A stretch of 64,000 nt of DNA, from positions 81,160,001-81,224,000 of the forward strand of contig NC_058368.1 of NCBI RefSeq assembly GCF_018350175.1, written 5' to 3'. The position numbers and the translations under genes were made by a program. Source of the DNA: Felis catus (taxonomy: Eukaryota). The notes under the pieces are model-generated. The model saw only the letters and a program-made list of their open reading frames with translations. It did no database searches and was not told the origin of the DNA. Below, piece after piece: positions 34,779-45,949 of this stretch. Position 1 is the first letter of the stretch, and every line of letters begins with the position of its first letter.

Positions 34779-36034
34779 TAATTTCTACATATTTGTGAAT
34801 CTCCAAATTTCCTTCTATTATCGTTTTCTAATTTCAGTCCATTCTGATGAGAGAACATACTTTTTATGATTTCAATCCTTTTGCATTTATTGAGATATTA
34901 TTGAAATGTATGGTCTAACATATTTGTATGCCCTGGAGAATGCTCCAGGTTCAAGTGAGAAGAATGTGTATTCTTGCCTTGTTGGATAGAATGTTCTATG
35001 GATGTTGGTTAAATCCAATTGGTTTATAGTATTGTTCAAGTGTTTTCTTTATTGATCTTCTGTCTAGTTGTCCTATCTGTAATTGAAAGGGGAGCATAGA
35101 AATCTCCAACTGTTTTTGTTGAATTAACTTTTCTCCCTTCCTTTCTATCAGTTCTTGCTTCCTTTATTTTGGGCCACTTTGGTTCATATTGTTTATGCTT
35201 TTTCTATCTTTCTGGTAGATTGACACGTGTATCAAAATGTCCAACTTTGTGTCTAGTAATACTTTTACCTTAAAGAGTATTTTGTGGATATTAGTATAGC
35301 TGTTCCAGTGCTGGGTTTTTTGGTTACTATTTTCATGGTATGTCTTTTCCCATCCTTTTGTTTCAACTTATTTGTGACTTGGGATATGAAGTAGGTCTCT
35401 TGCACACAAGATATGATTGCGGGATGTTTATCCATCCTGCCTATCTCTGCCCTTTGACTAAAGTGTTCATCCATTCACATTTTATGTAATTACTGATCAG
35501 GTAGGATTTACATCTGCCCTTTGGCTGTCTTCTACATTCCCCCCCCTTTTTTTTTGTTCCTCTGTCTGTTCATTCTGCTTTCTCCTTTGTTAAATATATA
35601 TTTTCTAGTGCACCACTTCTAATTCCTTTGCTTCTTTTATTGTATTTTTATTTTCCTGGCAGTTGTCCTAAGGACTGCCATTAGTAGCTAGTTTGGACTA
35701 ATACCAACTTGACTCCAGCTGCACACGGTTGCAGTGTCCTACAGATTTTTCCTTACAGACTGTATGGCTGTCACCACAGATTGATAAGGATTGTGTTATG
35801 TTCTTTTCTTTTAAATCAGATAAAAGACTTACATACAAAAACTTCTATAGTTTTTGTATTTATCTATATAGTTACCTTGACTGGAGTTTTTATGTCATTA
35901 TGAGGATGTGAGTTACTGTCCAGCATCCTCTGATTTTAGCCCAAAGGACTCTAGTATTTCTTGTAGGACAGGTCTGGCAGTAACAAACTCTCGGTTTTTG
36001 TTGATCTGGGAATGTCTTAATCTTTCCTTCACTC

Positions 36035-36048
36035 TTTTTTTTTAAATT

Positions 36049-36095
<47 letters not shown>

Positions 36096-36105
36096 TGTGT
36101 GTGTA

Positions 36106-36159
<54 letters not shown>

Positions 36160-36281
36160 AATCCCAAGCAAGCTCCACACTGTCAACACAGACCCTGATG
36201 CAGGGCTCGAACTCATAAACTGTGAAATCATGACCCGAGCTGAAGTCAGGTGCTTAACCGAATGAGCCACCCAGGTGCCCC
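36035..36281 (-). mobile_element. Can-SINE with (TTTA)n, (TG)n and (GA)n tracts
   Basis: Antisense SINE. TSD tttccttcactct on both sides. Confidence 0.94.
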
Positions 36282-37588
36282 TTTCCTTCACTCTTAATGG
36301 ATAGTTTTGCTGGATATGGAATTCTTCGTTGCCAGTTTTTTTTCCATCACCATTTTGAAAATGTCATCCCATCGTTCTGAGGAGAAACCATTGTCAGTCT
36401 TACTAAGGATCCCTTATATGTGATGGGTCCCTTCTCTCTTCCTGCTTTTAAGATGCTCTCCTTGTCTGCCTGTCCATGGCTTATGATCTAGATGCGAATC
36501 TCTGAGGTTTTCTCATTTGGAGTTGGATGAGCTCCTTGAGTATACAGATTAATGTTCTCCATTCCATTTAGAAGGTTTTGCCATTATTTCTTCAAATACT
36601 CTTCCTGCCCTGTTTTACTTTCCCTCTCATCAGGAGAGTCCTTCCCATCACATACCTGTTAGTGTGCTTGATGGTGTCTTGTAGGTTCCTGAGGCTCTGT
36701 TTATTTTCCTTCATTCATTTTTCTTTCTGTTTCTGAGAAAGACAGTCTCAACTGACACATCTTTGAGTTCACTGGTTCTCTCTTTGGCCTGCTCAAATCT
36801 GCTACCGAGGCCTGGTAATGAACTTTCCACTTCAGTAATTGTATTTTCAGAATTTCCATTTGGATCTTTTATATATATATAAAAGATCTCTTTTATTATA
36901 TATCTCTGTGTTATTTTCTATGTGGTGAGACGTTATTCTACTTTTCATTAGTTCTTTGAACACACTCTAAATAACTGTTTGGTGGACTTGGTCTAGAAAG
37001 TCCTATGTCTGGGCTGTCCCCACTGATTGCTTCCCCAAGTATTCGCCATCCTTTCGAGTTTCTTTGCATGTCTTGTGATGTTTTTGTTGTTGAAAACTGG
37101 ACATTTTATATAATACAATATGTCAAATTTGGAGATCAGATTCTCTCCCTTCCTTGGCATTTGCTGTCGCTGGTTGTTTAGTACACTTCCTGTATATACG
37201 GTCTGGTTTTTGTCACATGTGGCCACTGAAATTCCTGCCCAGTAGCCTAGTGGTGCGCTAGTGATTGAACACAAATTTCCATAGACACTTAAAGCCAGTG
37301 AGCCCCCTAGTCTTTGCTGAGGGTCCAGTCTTCACTGTTTTATTGAGATTCAGCTTCAAACCTAGTTTTAGTTAGTTGCAGTTCTGAACTATTTCCGATG
37401 TGGGGGTGAATTTTTCCAACTACAGTTTCACCCCTTCAATCAAGAAGCATTTTAGAAGTTTTGCTTTTAAAAGATTTGGCCAGAGGGCTTTATATAACAC
37501 AGACTGAATAGAATATGGGTATGGTATCATAATTTTAAATAAGAATTATTTTTTCAATGAGTAAGTTCTTTAAAAATAAAGGAAGAAG

Positions 37589-38046
37589 GGGGCACCTGGG
37601 TGGCCCAGTTGGTTGAGCGTCTAACTTCGGCTCAGGTCACAATCTCACAGTTTGTAGATTCGAGCCCCATGTCAGGCTCTGTGCTGACAGCTCAAAGCCT
37701 GGAGCCTGCTTCTGATTCTGTGTCTCCCTCTCTCTCTTCCCCTCTGCTGCTCATGCTTTGTCTCTGTCTCTTTCAAAACTAAATAAAAACATTTAAAAAT
37801 TAAAAAAAAAAAAGAAATTAGAAAACGGGGGTGCCTGGGTGGCTCAGTCGGTTGAGTGTCTGACTTCAGCTCAGGTCATGATCTTGTGGCCTGCGAGTTG
37901 AGCCCTGCGTTGGGCTCTGTGCTGACAGCTCAGAGCCTGGAACCTGCTTCAGATTCTGTGTCTCCCTCTCTCTCTGCCCCTCCCCTGCTTACACTCTTTC
38001 TCTTTCTCTCTCTCTCTCAAAAATAAATAAACATTAAACAATTTTT
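37589..38046 (+). mobile_element. Two tandem Can-SINEs (37589-~37815; 37827-38046) inside one TSD
   Basis: Two SINE heads with outer TSD aaaataaaggaagaag / aaaataaaggaggaag. Confidence 0.94.
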
Positions 38047-41000
38047 TAAAATAAAGGAGGAAGTCAGATGGAACACGATCGACATACAGCCACTGGAGAT
38101 CTTTTGGAATCTGGAAAAGACCCCTTCCTTTGTCAGTCCTTGAGCCCAAGTTAGACAGTACTAGAACAGTTACAACAGGAGCTCCAATATTCGAGTTACA
38201 GATGTACACACCTGTGCCTTGCTGGGGAGTGGGCCTGTAGAGGGTGGACGCCTTTTTTCACTTGTGCCTGTAGGCGGCCCTCAGTGGATGTTTCGACAGT
38301 GGTCGTAGGAGATTGGATTTCTATGTCCAGGAATCCCCCCAGTTTGTTCACAGCTTGAAATATTCATTGAGATTCAGTCCTCCAAATGGACTAATTCGTT
38401 CTTGTCACATATGTGAGGTTTGAGAGGATTTGCTCTGGCATTTAGTTAAGGCCACAATTCATTTTGTAGAAAGCACTTTGTAAATCAGCCCGATTATTGG
38501 GCACAGGTTGTTTGAAGATTTTGATATGAAAGAATTTACTGCCAAACCTGAAACATGCTGTTATTCAAATGCACACGCAGAAGCAAACCTTTCAAAACAA
38601 ACAAAACCGCTGTACTGCTGAGCTCAGGTTGCTTGCATCGTCCGTACGTACCTCTGATCCCAAACACTCGTGGAATGAGCAAGTGTCGACTCTTGTGTGG
38701 CAAGAGTCGGTGAGGAGGAGGGGAGGGCTCCTCGCCCTCGGGGAGTCACAGGGCACAAAACAGTGAGTGGAGCAGCTTGTGAGCAGGAAGGACGAAGTGA
38801 GCAAGTATACGGATCGGTACACGAGTAGGTTGGGTTGGGAACCCTTCACCAGAGCAAGCCGGCAGTAAAGCTTTAGGTGCAACCTCATCCCTCATGACTC
38901 CCTGGGGAGGGGACCGCGCTTGGTTGAGGTTCAAGGCCTGAGTTCTAATTAGCAGTGTAATTAGAGTGTGAACATGTTGCCCGCTGCACAGGGGCCAGCC
39001 CCGTGCCTCTGGGAGAAAGCGCGCTGAAGAACTCCCGTGGAGCTGCATGGGAGGGAAGCGGCCCCATGCTGACCTGCCAGCGTGGTCTGCAGCGCGTCCT
39101 GTGTAATTTCGTGCCACTGTTTTGAATGTGCTGGCGAGGCTCGTTATTTTTAGCCGCGTCAGCCAGGGGATCAGCATCCTGCTTGGGGGTGCTGCTTGGC
39201 GCCGGGACTTGCTTCCACACGCCTCTCAAAACAGCCAGAGGACGTCCCTCCCGTGGAGGGCAGAACCCTCTCTACTTGTGTCTCTGTTTCTCCTGCAAAT
39301 CCACCCCTTTCAGCATTTGGAATTGGGAAGAGGCAGAAGGTAACAGTCGCTGTGGGCGGGAAGCTGCTCCCTCATCTGATGCTGGGAACCCCAGGGGCCC
39401 TGTGGCAGTTGACAGTCACCGACGGGGCCGGCAGATGCCCCCACCCGGTGCCACCGGGACACTGAATCCAGCGCCCCCCACACCACCCGTCCTGGCACAA
39501 TGTAATGGTGTGAGGCCCGGCTATCCGGCTCTGAGGGCATCTCCCAGCTCCTAGGCAGATTCCTTAACCTCTTTGCCTGTTTTCTCCAATGGGAGATAGG
39601 CATAATTGTGCTCACCGCACCAGAGTGACGTATCTGTTGCCTTTCTACCCATTTAACAGAAAGCGTGTGGAAAGTGTCGGCTGTTGCTGTTGTCTGGGCT
39701 GCCTTGTGTGCAGGCTTGTGGTGCCGGCCCTGACAGCCTCCTATGATTCCTGTAAGCACGCCCGTGATGATGGGCTGGGGAGGCCCCAGGAGGCAGCTGG
39801 AAGCCTCTGGTCCGACAGTGAGTGCCTATCTCCTGATGAGGAAGGAAATGAAGATAAGTGCCTCCCAGAACAATCTAGGGGATAAAGTGAACACGGCATG
39901 GTGATCATTGGAAACAGATGGTGAGGGGTCAGGGGTATGAGAAAGCTTCATGGGGCTCTGGCTGGGACACGGCATCTACCGACATCTAAGGGGGTGTCCA
40001 CAGGGCATGTGGGGACCAGCGAGGCTGGGGCACTGCGAGTTGCACAGGTGTGGCTGCAGACTTGGGGTGGGGGGGGTGGTGGTGCAGCCTGCCACCGTGA
40101 GCCTGGATGGGCAGCCCCAGGGGTCAGGGCAGGGAGAAGCCCCGACCATGACAGACAGGAGGGAGGGAAGGTGACCACCCGGGGACCCAGGGCATCCAAG
40201 CCCCAGAAGCCGTGGGGAGATGGGGAGCTGTCCACAGTGGGCATGCCTGCTGGTGCCCTGTGAGGCCAGCGGTGGAGCGGGGAGGAGGAAGCCAGGGGTA
40301 TGTGGTGGAGGAAGGAGGACGAACTAAGCAGAGGGAGGGGAGAAGGAGGCCAGCTGGATGAAGCTCCCAGTCCTGGAGCTGGAAGAGCCCTCATGGAGCC
40401 CTCCCAGAGGGCCTCAGCCAACCAAAGTCAGGGCGGCCCGAGCTGGGCAGGTGCGCTAAGGGGACTGCACCTTCTCTGCAGGTGCCCTGGCCCCATGCGG
40501 GGGTGGGGGGTGGGCGGGATGGAGAGACAGTCCGCGTTGGGAGAAGAGGCCTATGCCCCCTCCCCCCCCCCAATCTTGGCAGAGCAGAGCCCCAAGTGTC
40601 TGACCCGACAGCTGTGTGCAGGGGCTCAGCCTCCTGGGAAGGCTTAGTCCAGGCGACTCGAGCAAATCAGCCAACCTCCCAGAACCTGGGCCCCCGGGGG
40701 GCAGGCAGGCCAGTGTGAGGCCGCACAGGAGGACTCAGGTATCTCGACCATGCCAGCGTGGAAGGCAGGAGCCCCGTGGTTCCTCAGCCCTTGTCAGAAA
40801 ACTAATCCAAAAATGTCGAGATTTATCTTCCTTAAGCCTAATTTTTCAACGGCCTAAAAAATGCATCTCAAAAGCCAGATGGGCATGAAAAAGTGATTTC
40901 TGCAGATGAGGTTGCTGCATGTGATGATGGAAGATGGGCGGTTTCGGACAGCAGAACTGGCTTTCGCTGAGACAGCCGGGCCGGGCAGTACCCGCAGACC

Positions 41001-42599
41001 CTGATCACGCGGTGTGGCTGTGATTGCACCGTCCGGGGCTCACGTGGGAATGCTGATGGCTCTGGAGCCTGGCCGGGGCCCGGGTCACATTCCGCTGGAT
41101 GACTGCAGAGAGTTCTGGGCTCAGCAGCGACAACTCTGCATGAACCCGAGAAGCCAGGCGTGAGCCACATCAGCGAATAAGTGTCACCCTGCAGTCCCAA
41201 CACCGCCACACCCTTGCTGGGTCACTGCCGGAGCGTAAACATCTACTCTGACGTCCTCGGACAGAACGCGGCCAGGAGCATCCAGGAGCTGGTGTCCTGT
41301 CCTACAGGGAAAGGGGACAGAGTGGAAAATGGCACACGTGAGATTAGATCTGGGGTGGAGGACGGTTGTCAGGGCAGCACACACCACAAGAATAATAATG
41401 CCCATCCTCACACCACCCTGGTGGCTCTGCCGCGCCCCCCCACCCCACCCCGCCCATCGCCTTCCCTGTCTGTGCTCATCACCACCGTGAGTGAGGGTCT
41501 GCGTTTCAGTACAGGCTCTTCTTTTCATGTTGACTGGTCTATCCAAGTGGTCGGCCATGATTATTACAGGGTTTTCTGTCTTAATTGGTTAAGTCCAGAA
41601 CTGCATTAGGCATCCCCGCCGTCCCTCCCTCCCCGCCGCGGGTGCAGGACCAGCGGGGGACGACAGCAGCAGGTTTCAGTGCCCGGCGCCTCCAGGCCTT
41701 CTGACGCCAGCGCTGTCCCCTTGCCCCCGGGACGTGCCCGGGCCCCCACTTCCCGGAGAAGCAGCTGCTCTCACGCCTCGGGGCCAGGCCTGCTCTCTCA
41801 CGGCTCCTTGTCGGGCCTGCCTGCCGCTCACGGCGCAGAGTGGAGGTTTGGCCCGCCGACGGCCCTCGTGATGGCAGTGATTACGCCCTGCGCGTCTCCC
41901 TGGCGCCAGCCGGGCAGCCGAGCGCCACATGGCGCTGGACGGGGCTCGGAGCCGGCTTCCCGGCAGGCTCTCGGGGACCCTGATAAACAGCTCGGGCAGA
42001 CACAGCCGCGGGCCATTTCTCTGCAGTCCGAGGTTCACACATCAGCTGCACCCATGGGCACCTGTCAGAGGTAGAGCCCCCCTGACACATCTGCCAACAT
42101 CAAGGGCAGTGAAAGGACTGACGGGTGTCACGGCCGCAGCCCAGAGCAGGAGCCCACACGCCGCTGCCACCTGCTTGGGAAACCTGGGGGAGGAACCAAA
42201 GCGGGCGCCGTGTGCCTGCCGGGAGGGAGGCCTCCTGTGCCGCAGCCGGGATGCCGTGCCAGCCCGTGGCCCTGTTTCCCTCCCCCCACTCTCCCGTGTC
42301 TGTGTCACGCGGGGACGAGGTGGGAACCCTCACTCTGTGTGTGTGCCCTTGTACACAAACCAGATGCGAACCTGCTGCTGGCCTTGTCTCCTCTCCCAGC
42401 CTCTGCTTTCTTAGCAACTCGAGGTACCCGCTGGGAACACTGGCACACAGGCCTGGCACCCGGCCGCCGATGCAGCCTCAGGCCAACAGCACGCGGGCAG
42501 GGCACACGCCAGCCCCACGCTCGGGTGCCCAGGCCTCCCACACTTCTGGACAGACAGCTGGGACTCTGGGGTTCCCGTGACCTGTTCGGGAACTGGTAA

Positions 42600-42830
42600 C
42601 ATACCGTGTGCCCACAGTTACAATTTGATGACACAGGATGCTGCTCGGGAAGGGCCGAAGGAAGAGGTGTACTGGGGGGGGGGGGGCCTCCCTGGAATCG
42701 GGTTTTTGTCTGGGTTTATTACATGGACATGACTGATTGAACCACCGGCTCCTGACTGAACTCTGTTCCCTCCTGGAGGTCAGAGGTCGGGCTGATATCC
42801 ATGGTCTGTGGTTAGTCTTCACAGGCGCCG
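42600..42830 (-). mobile_element. MER21-like LTR fragment
   Basis: 'gggtttttgtctgggtttatttacatggacatgactgattgaacc...tgactgaactc...ggaggtc...gggctgatatc' resembles recalled MER21B/C. Confidence 0.6.
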
Positions 42831-45800
42831 TCCTGGGGACGCTGCGTGTCGCTGAGGAAGGCAGAGCAGGGCAGGGAGAGCACTGAAGGGGGCCCTGCCT
42901 GGACCCCGGAGCAGGGGAGCCGGAGGGCCGGCCGGCCGGGAATGCTGCTCTGCAGAGTGAGGACGACGCATGTGGAGGGCAAGCCGGGTTGCGGTGTCTT
43001 TCCTCTGGTCTCTGGGCAAACGTCTGGGGAGAAAGCAGCCGGTGTGAAATAACGCGGTAAGAACGCACGGCAGGGCTTCGCAGGAAGGACCTGCCGGGAC
43101 ACGTAAGCGAGCGGTTCTCCAGAAAAATACTGCCAAGGAAACCCGGGGGGTGCTTACAGGCTGTCGTGGGTGGTGCACCTGCGGCCCCACCTCCATTCGC
43201 TCCTCTCGCCCTGTTCTTGCCGGGGCTGTGCTCTCTGCACTGTTTGTGCGCCTGTGGGACAGCAACATCCATTCTGTGAAGCCCGGGGCTCGTCCTGCCA
43301 GAACCCTGGGGTGCCAGCGCCTCTGCCGGCACCCGGCGGCCGCACCTGCCCCAGCTCCCTGCCACTCCCGCTGCCTGGCCTGCCGGTCTGCCCGCAGCCA
43401 GGACCCAGCGTCCACACAGCGTGTTCTTGGTGCTCTTTCCACCCCCACTAAGCCCGCCCGGACCCGTCACGCCAGTTTGCTGCAGGAGCCGTGTGCAACC
43501 CTGCCCTTGTGTAGACAGGGAGCAGGCTCCACTGAGGACGGGGGAGAGCACGGTGGCCAAGGGGTCACGGGTCAGCCGCTAGTCTGTTGGGGGCGTCCAC
43601 CTTCTCGTGGACACTGCTCCCGTTTTCAGCTGTTCCAGGCGTGATGACATGCTTCTCCAAGAAGCTCCCTGCTCCTCACGGCTGATTTCTAGAACAGCCC
43701 CTCGCCGCGTGGCAACCATGAGAGGCCCCACAGCCACCTCTGTGTGTTCTGTGCCTCAGGGTGGGGCTGAGCACCTGTCCTCCGCCTGCTGCTGTCTTGC
43801 ACGCACACGTTGGTGGGCCAGCAGGGGAGAGGTGGAGCCGTGCTCTGAGATGTCCTCACGGTCGGCCTGTGCCCCCGACCCTGGCCAAGCAACTCCCCCA
43901 TGCTGGCATTTTCTCAAAGCCCTGCCAACCACCTTGGAGCCCAGGTCCACGTGGCACTTACACTCGGGCACCAGGATAGGCAGCCACTGCCTGGGCTGAC
44001 GGGTGTCACACAGCACGCAGTTGGTGCCCAATAAGTGCTCCTTAAGCTGATCTGACTTCCAGCCTCATACAGAAACTTCTGGAAGGGTAAACGACCTCTT
44101 GTTCTGTGGCTTTGAGAAGAGGAAATTGCCAGAAAGGCAGTGGGTACAGGTGCTCGTTCTTTACCCCAGTTCTCACTGGAAAGAGCCCCTCAAATTCTGG
44201 AGTGTCCTCTGTCATTCTGCTGGACCTTAGTCAGACAGTGGCTCCCTAAAGTCAGTCCCTGGGGGGGTCGGCCATTGTCTCCTGGGACAGAGAGCGCAGG
44301 CTGCACACTGGGGCCATGGTCTCAATGAGAGGGAGCAGGAAGGGCCTTCCTCTCCGAATCTGGAACCCGCAGAGACAGGGAAGTTGCCTCACATCTGGGG
44401 CGTCGGGGCTAAGCGTCTGTCCACAGCTCTTCCCTCCCACCGAGTCTGTCACCAGGTCACACTCAACATCACCTCATCTGGTGTGCAAGGGGGGCAGGAC
44501 AGAACCTTGCTTAAGCTGGGGACCCTCGAGGGAGAGGCCTCCAGGCAGGAGCTCCTGGGGGAGAGAGCCCCTGGGGAGTACCGGAGCCTGAGCCTCAGGC
44601 CTCGCCTGCCCCGTGCAGCACAGAGGCTCATGCTAGGGTCACAGCACTGTCCTATTTAGGGGACAGGTGGTGCCCTGAAGGCGGCCCCTCTTTCCACGGT
44701 GCTGCCCCCACCTCCTTCATGAGGCTGCGAGCAGGTGAGCCCACACAGGTCCCTCCTTAGTGCCCGGAACCACCGTGGCCACGGCCACTTCCTGCCCTGG
44801 GCAGCTGAGGGACCAGCAGTGTCCCCAGCACGTCAAGCCCCGCTGATGGCATGAGGACGGGCCCAGACATCGCCAGTGGCACTTACTCCCGAGCGCCAGG
44901 GAGAATCGTCGGCTGACAGCCCAAGGACATCCTCCTCCTCGGAGCTTGGTCGGCTCTCTTTGGAAGGCAGAGGGAGGGGACTGAGAACTGCAAGCTTCCA
45001 ATATCAGTTTAGGTTTTTTTTTCCTAAACCAAGTCCTTTTGTTTTCTACCCCAAATTAAATGGAACAGGAAACAACAATTGCACTGGGTCCTAGCTACTT
45101 TCCTGTCATTTCAAAACTTTGAAGAGCGACAACCTGCCACCGTGTCTTAGGACCAGGGGGCCAGTACTCAGCAACCCACAACGCCTTTGCGGGTCAGGGG
45201 GACCAGCTCCTTGTAGGAGCAGAGGCGGGGAGGGGGCCCGTGGTGGCGCCTCCTTGCTCGTCCGCAAGCTGACTGAGGAGACTCCTTCCTTCTGATACGA
45301 GCATTTACAAGGAGCGAGCGTTCGGATCTCTCCTGGCAAGATATAAAATGCTGTGACATTTCCGGTGTCTTACATGCAAAGTAGTCCCAGTATGTGCAAG
45401 TATGACACACGATGACACAGAGAAAGGGAAGTGTGTGAACATACATGTAAAATACCAGATGTGCACATCCTACATAGTTCACCCGGAGGCAGACGTACAC
45501 ACACGTTCTCTCTGAGGAATGAACCTGTCAGGTCTTCTGAGTCCTCAGCAGGTAAATAGTCTTTTAAATGCTGTCTGGACCCAACGTTGAGGCCTGGCTG
45601 GAGCCGACTGAACCACACCACCAAGCACCTCCTTTCTGGGGCTCACAGTCAGGGCCTAATCCCCCAGGGCAGGTGCCCAACACCTAGGTCAGCCCCGGCG
45701 CCCCAGAGTCTGCCGAAGAGGTCCATGCCAGCTGGCCCTCCACCTGCTGGCCCTGCTCACCCGATCCTTCCCCAGAAACCACTGGAGAGGCTCCTGCCTT

Positions 45801-45949
45801 TCCCCTCTGGTTCTGCCTCCTGACCTGCCCCGGAGCCTCTCTGCGTGACTGTGTAGGCACAGTGGGCTCTTTAATCTGTAGATCTGTGAGTGACGCACTG
45901 TTCAGTGGCTCTTGTCTCTTGACCTCTTGGCCTCCCTACAACCCAAACA

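Larger units (their letters stand above)
34440..37325 (-). mobile_element. Old antisense L1 (L1MB/MC-like) covering ORF2 5' region and ORF1 remnants
   Basis: Minus-strand decayed ORF2 endonuclease-like text (ORF 35265-35474 'IISCVQETYF...TAILISTK') and 'gagaagaatgtgtattc', 'gatagttttgctggatatggaattct'. Confidence 0.85.

Noticed and set aside
42478..43560. 360-aa minus-strand ORF and overlapping 209-aa ORF
   Set aside because: Pro/Arg/Gly/Ala-rich frames typical of GC-rich non-coding DNA, overlapping a MER21-like LTR, with no recognisable domain.
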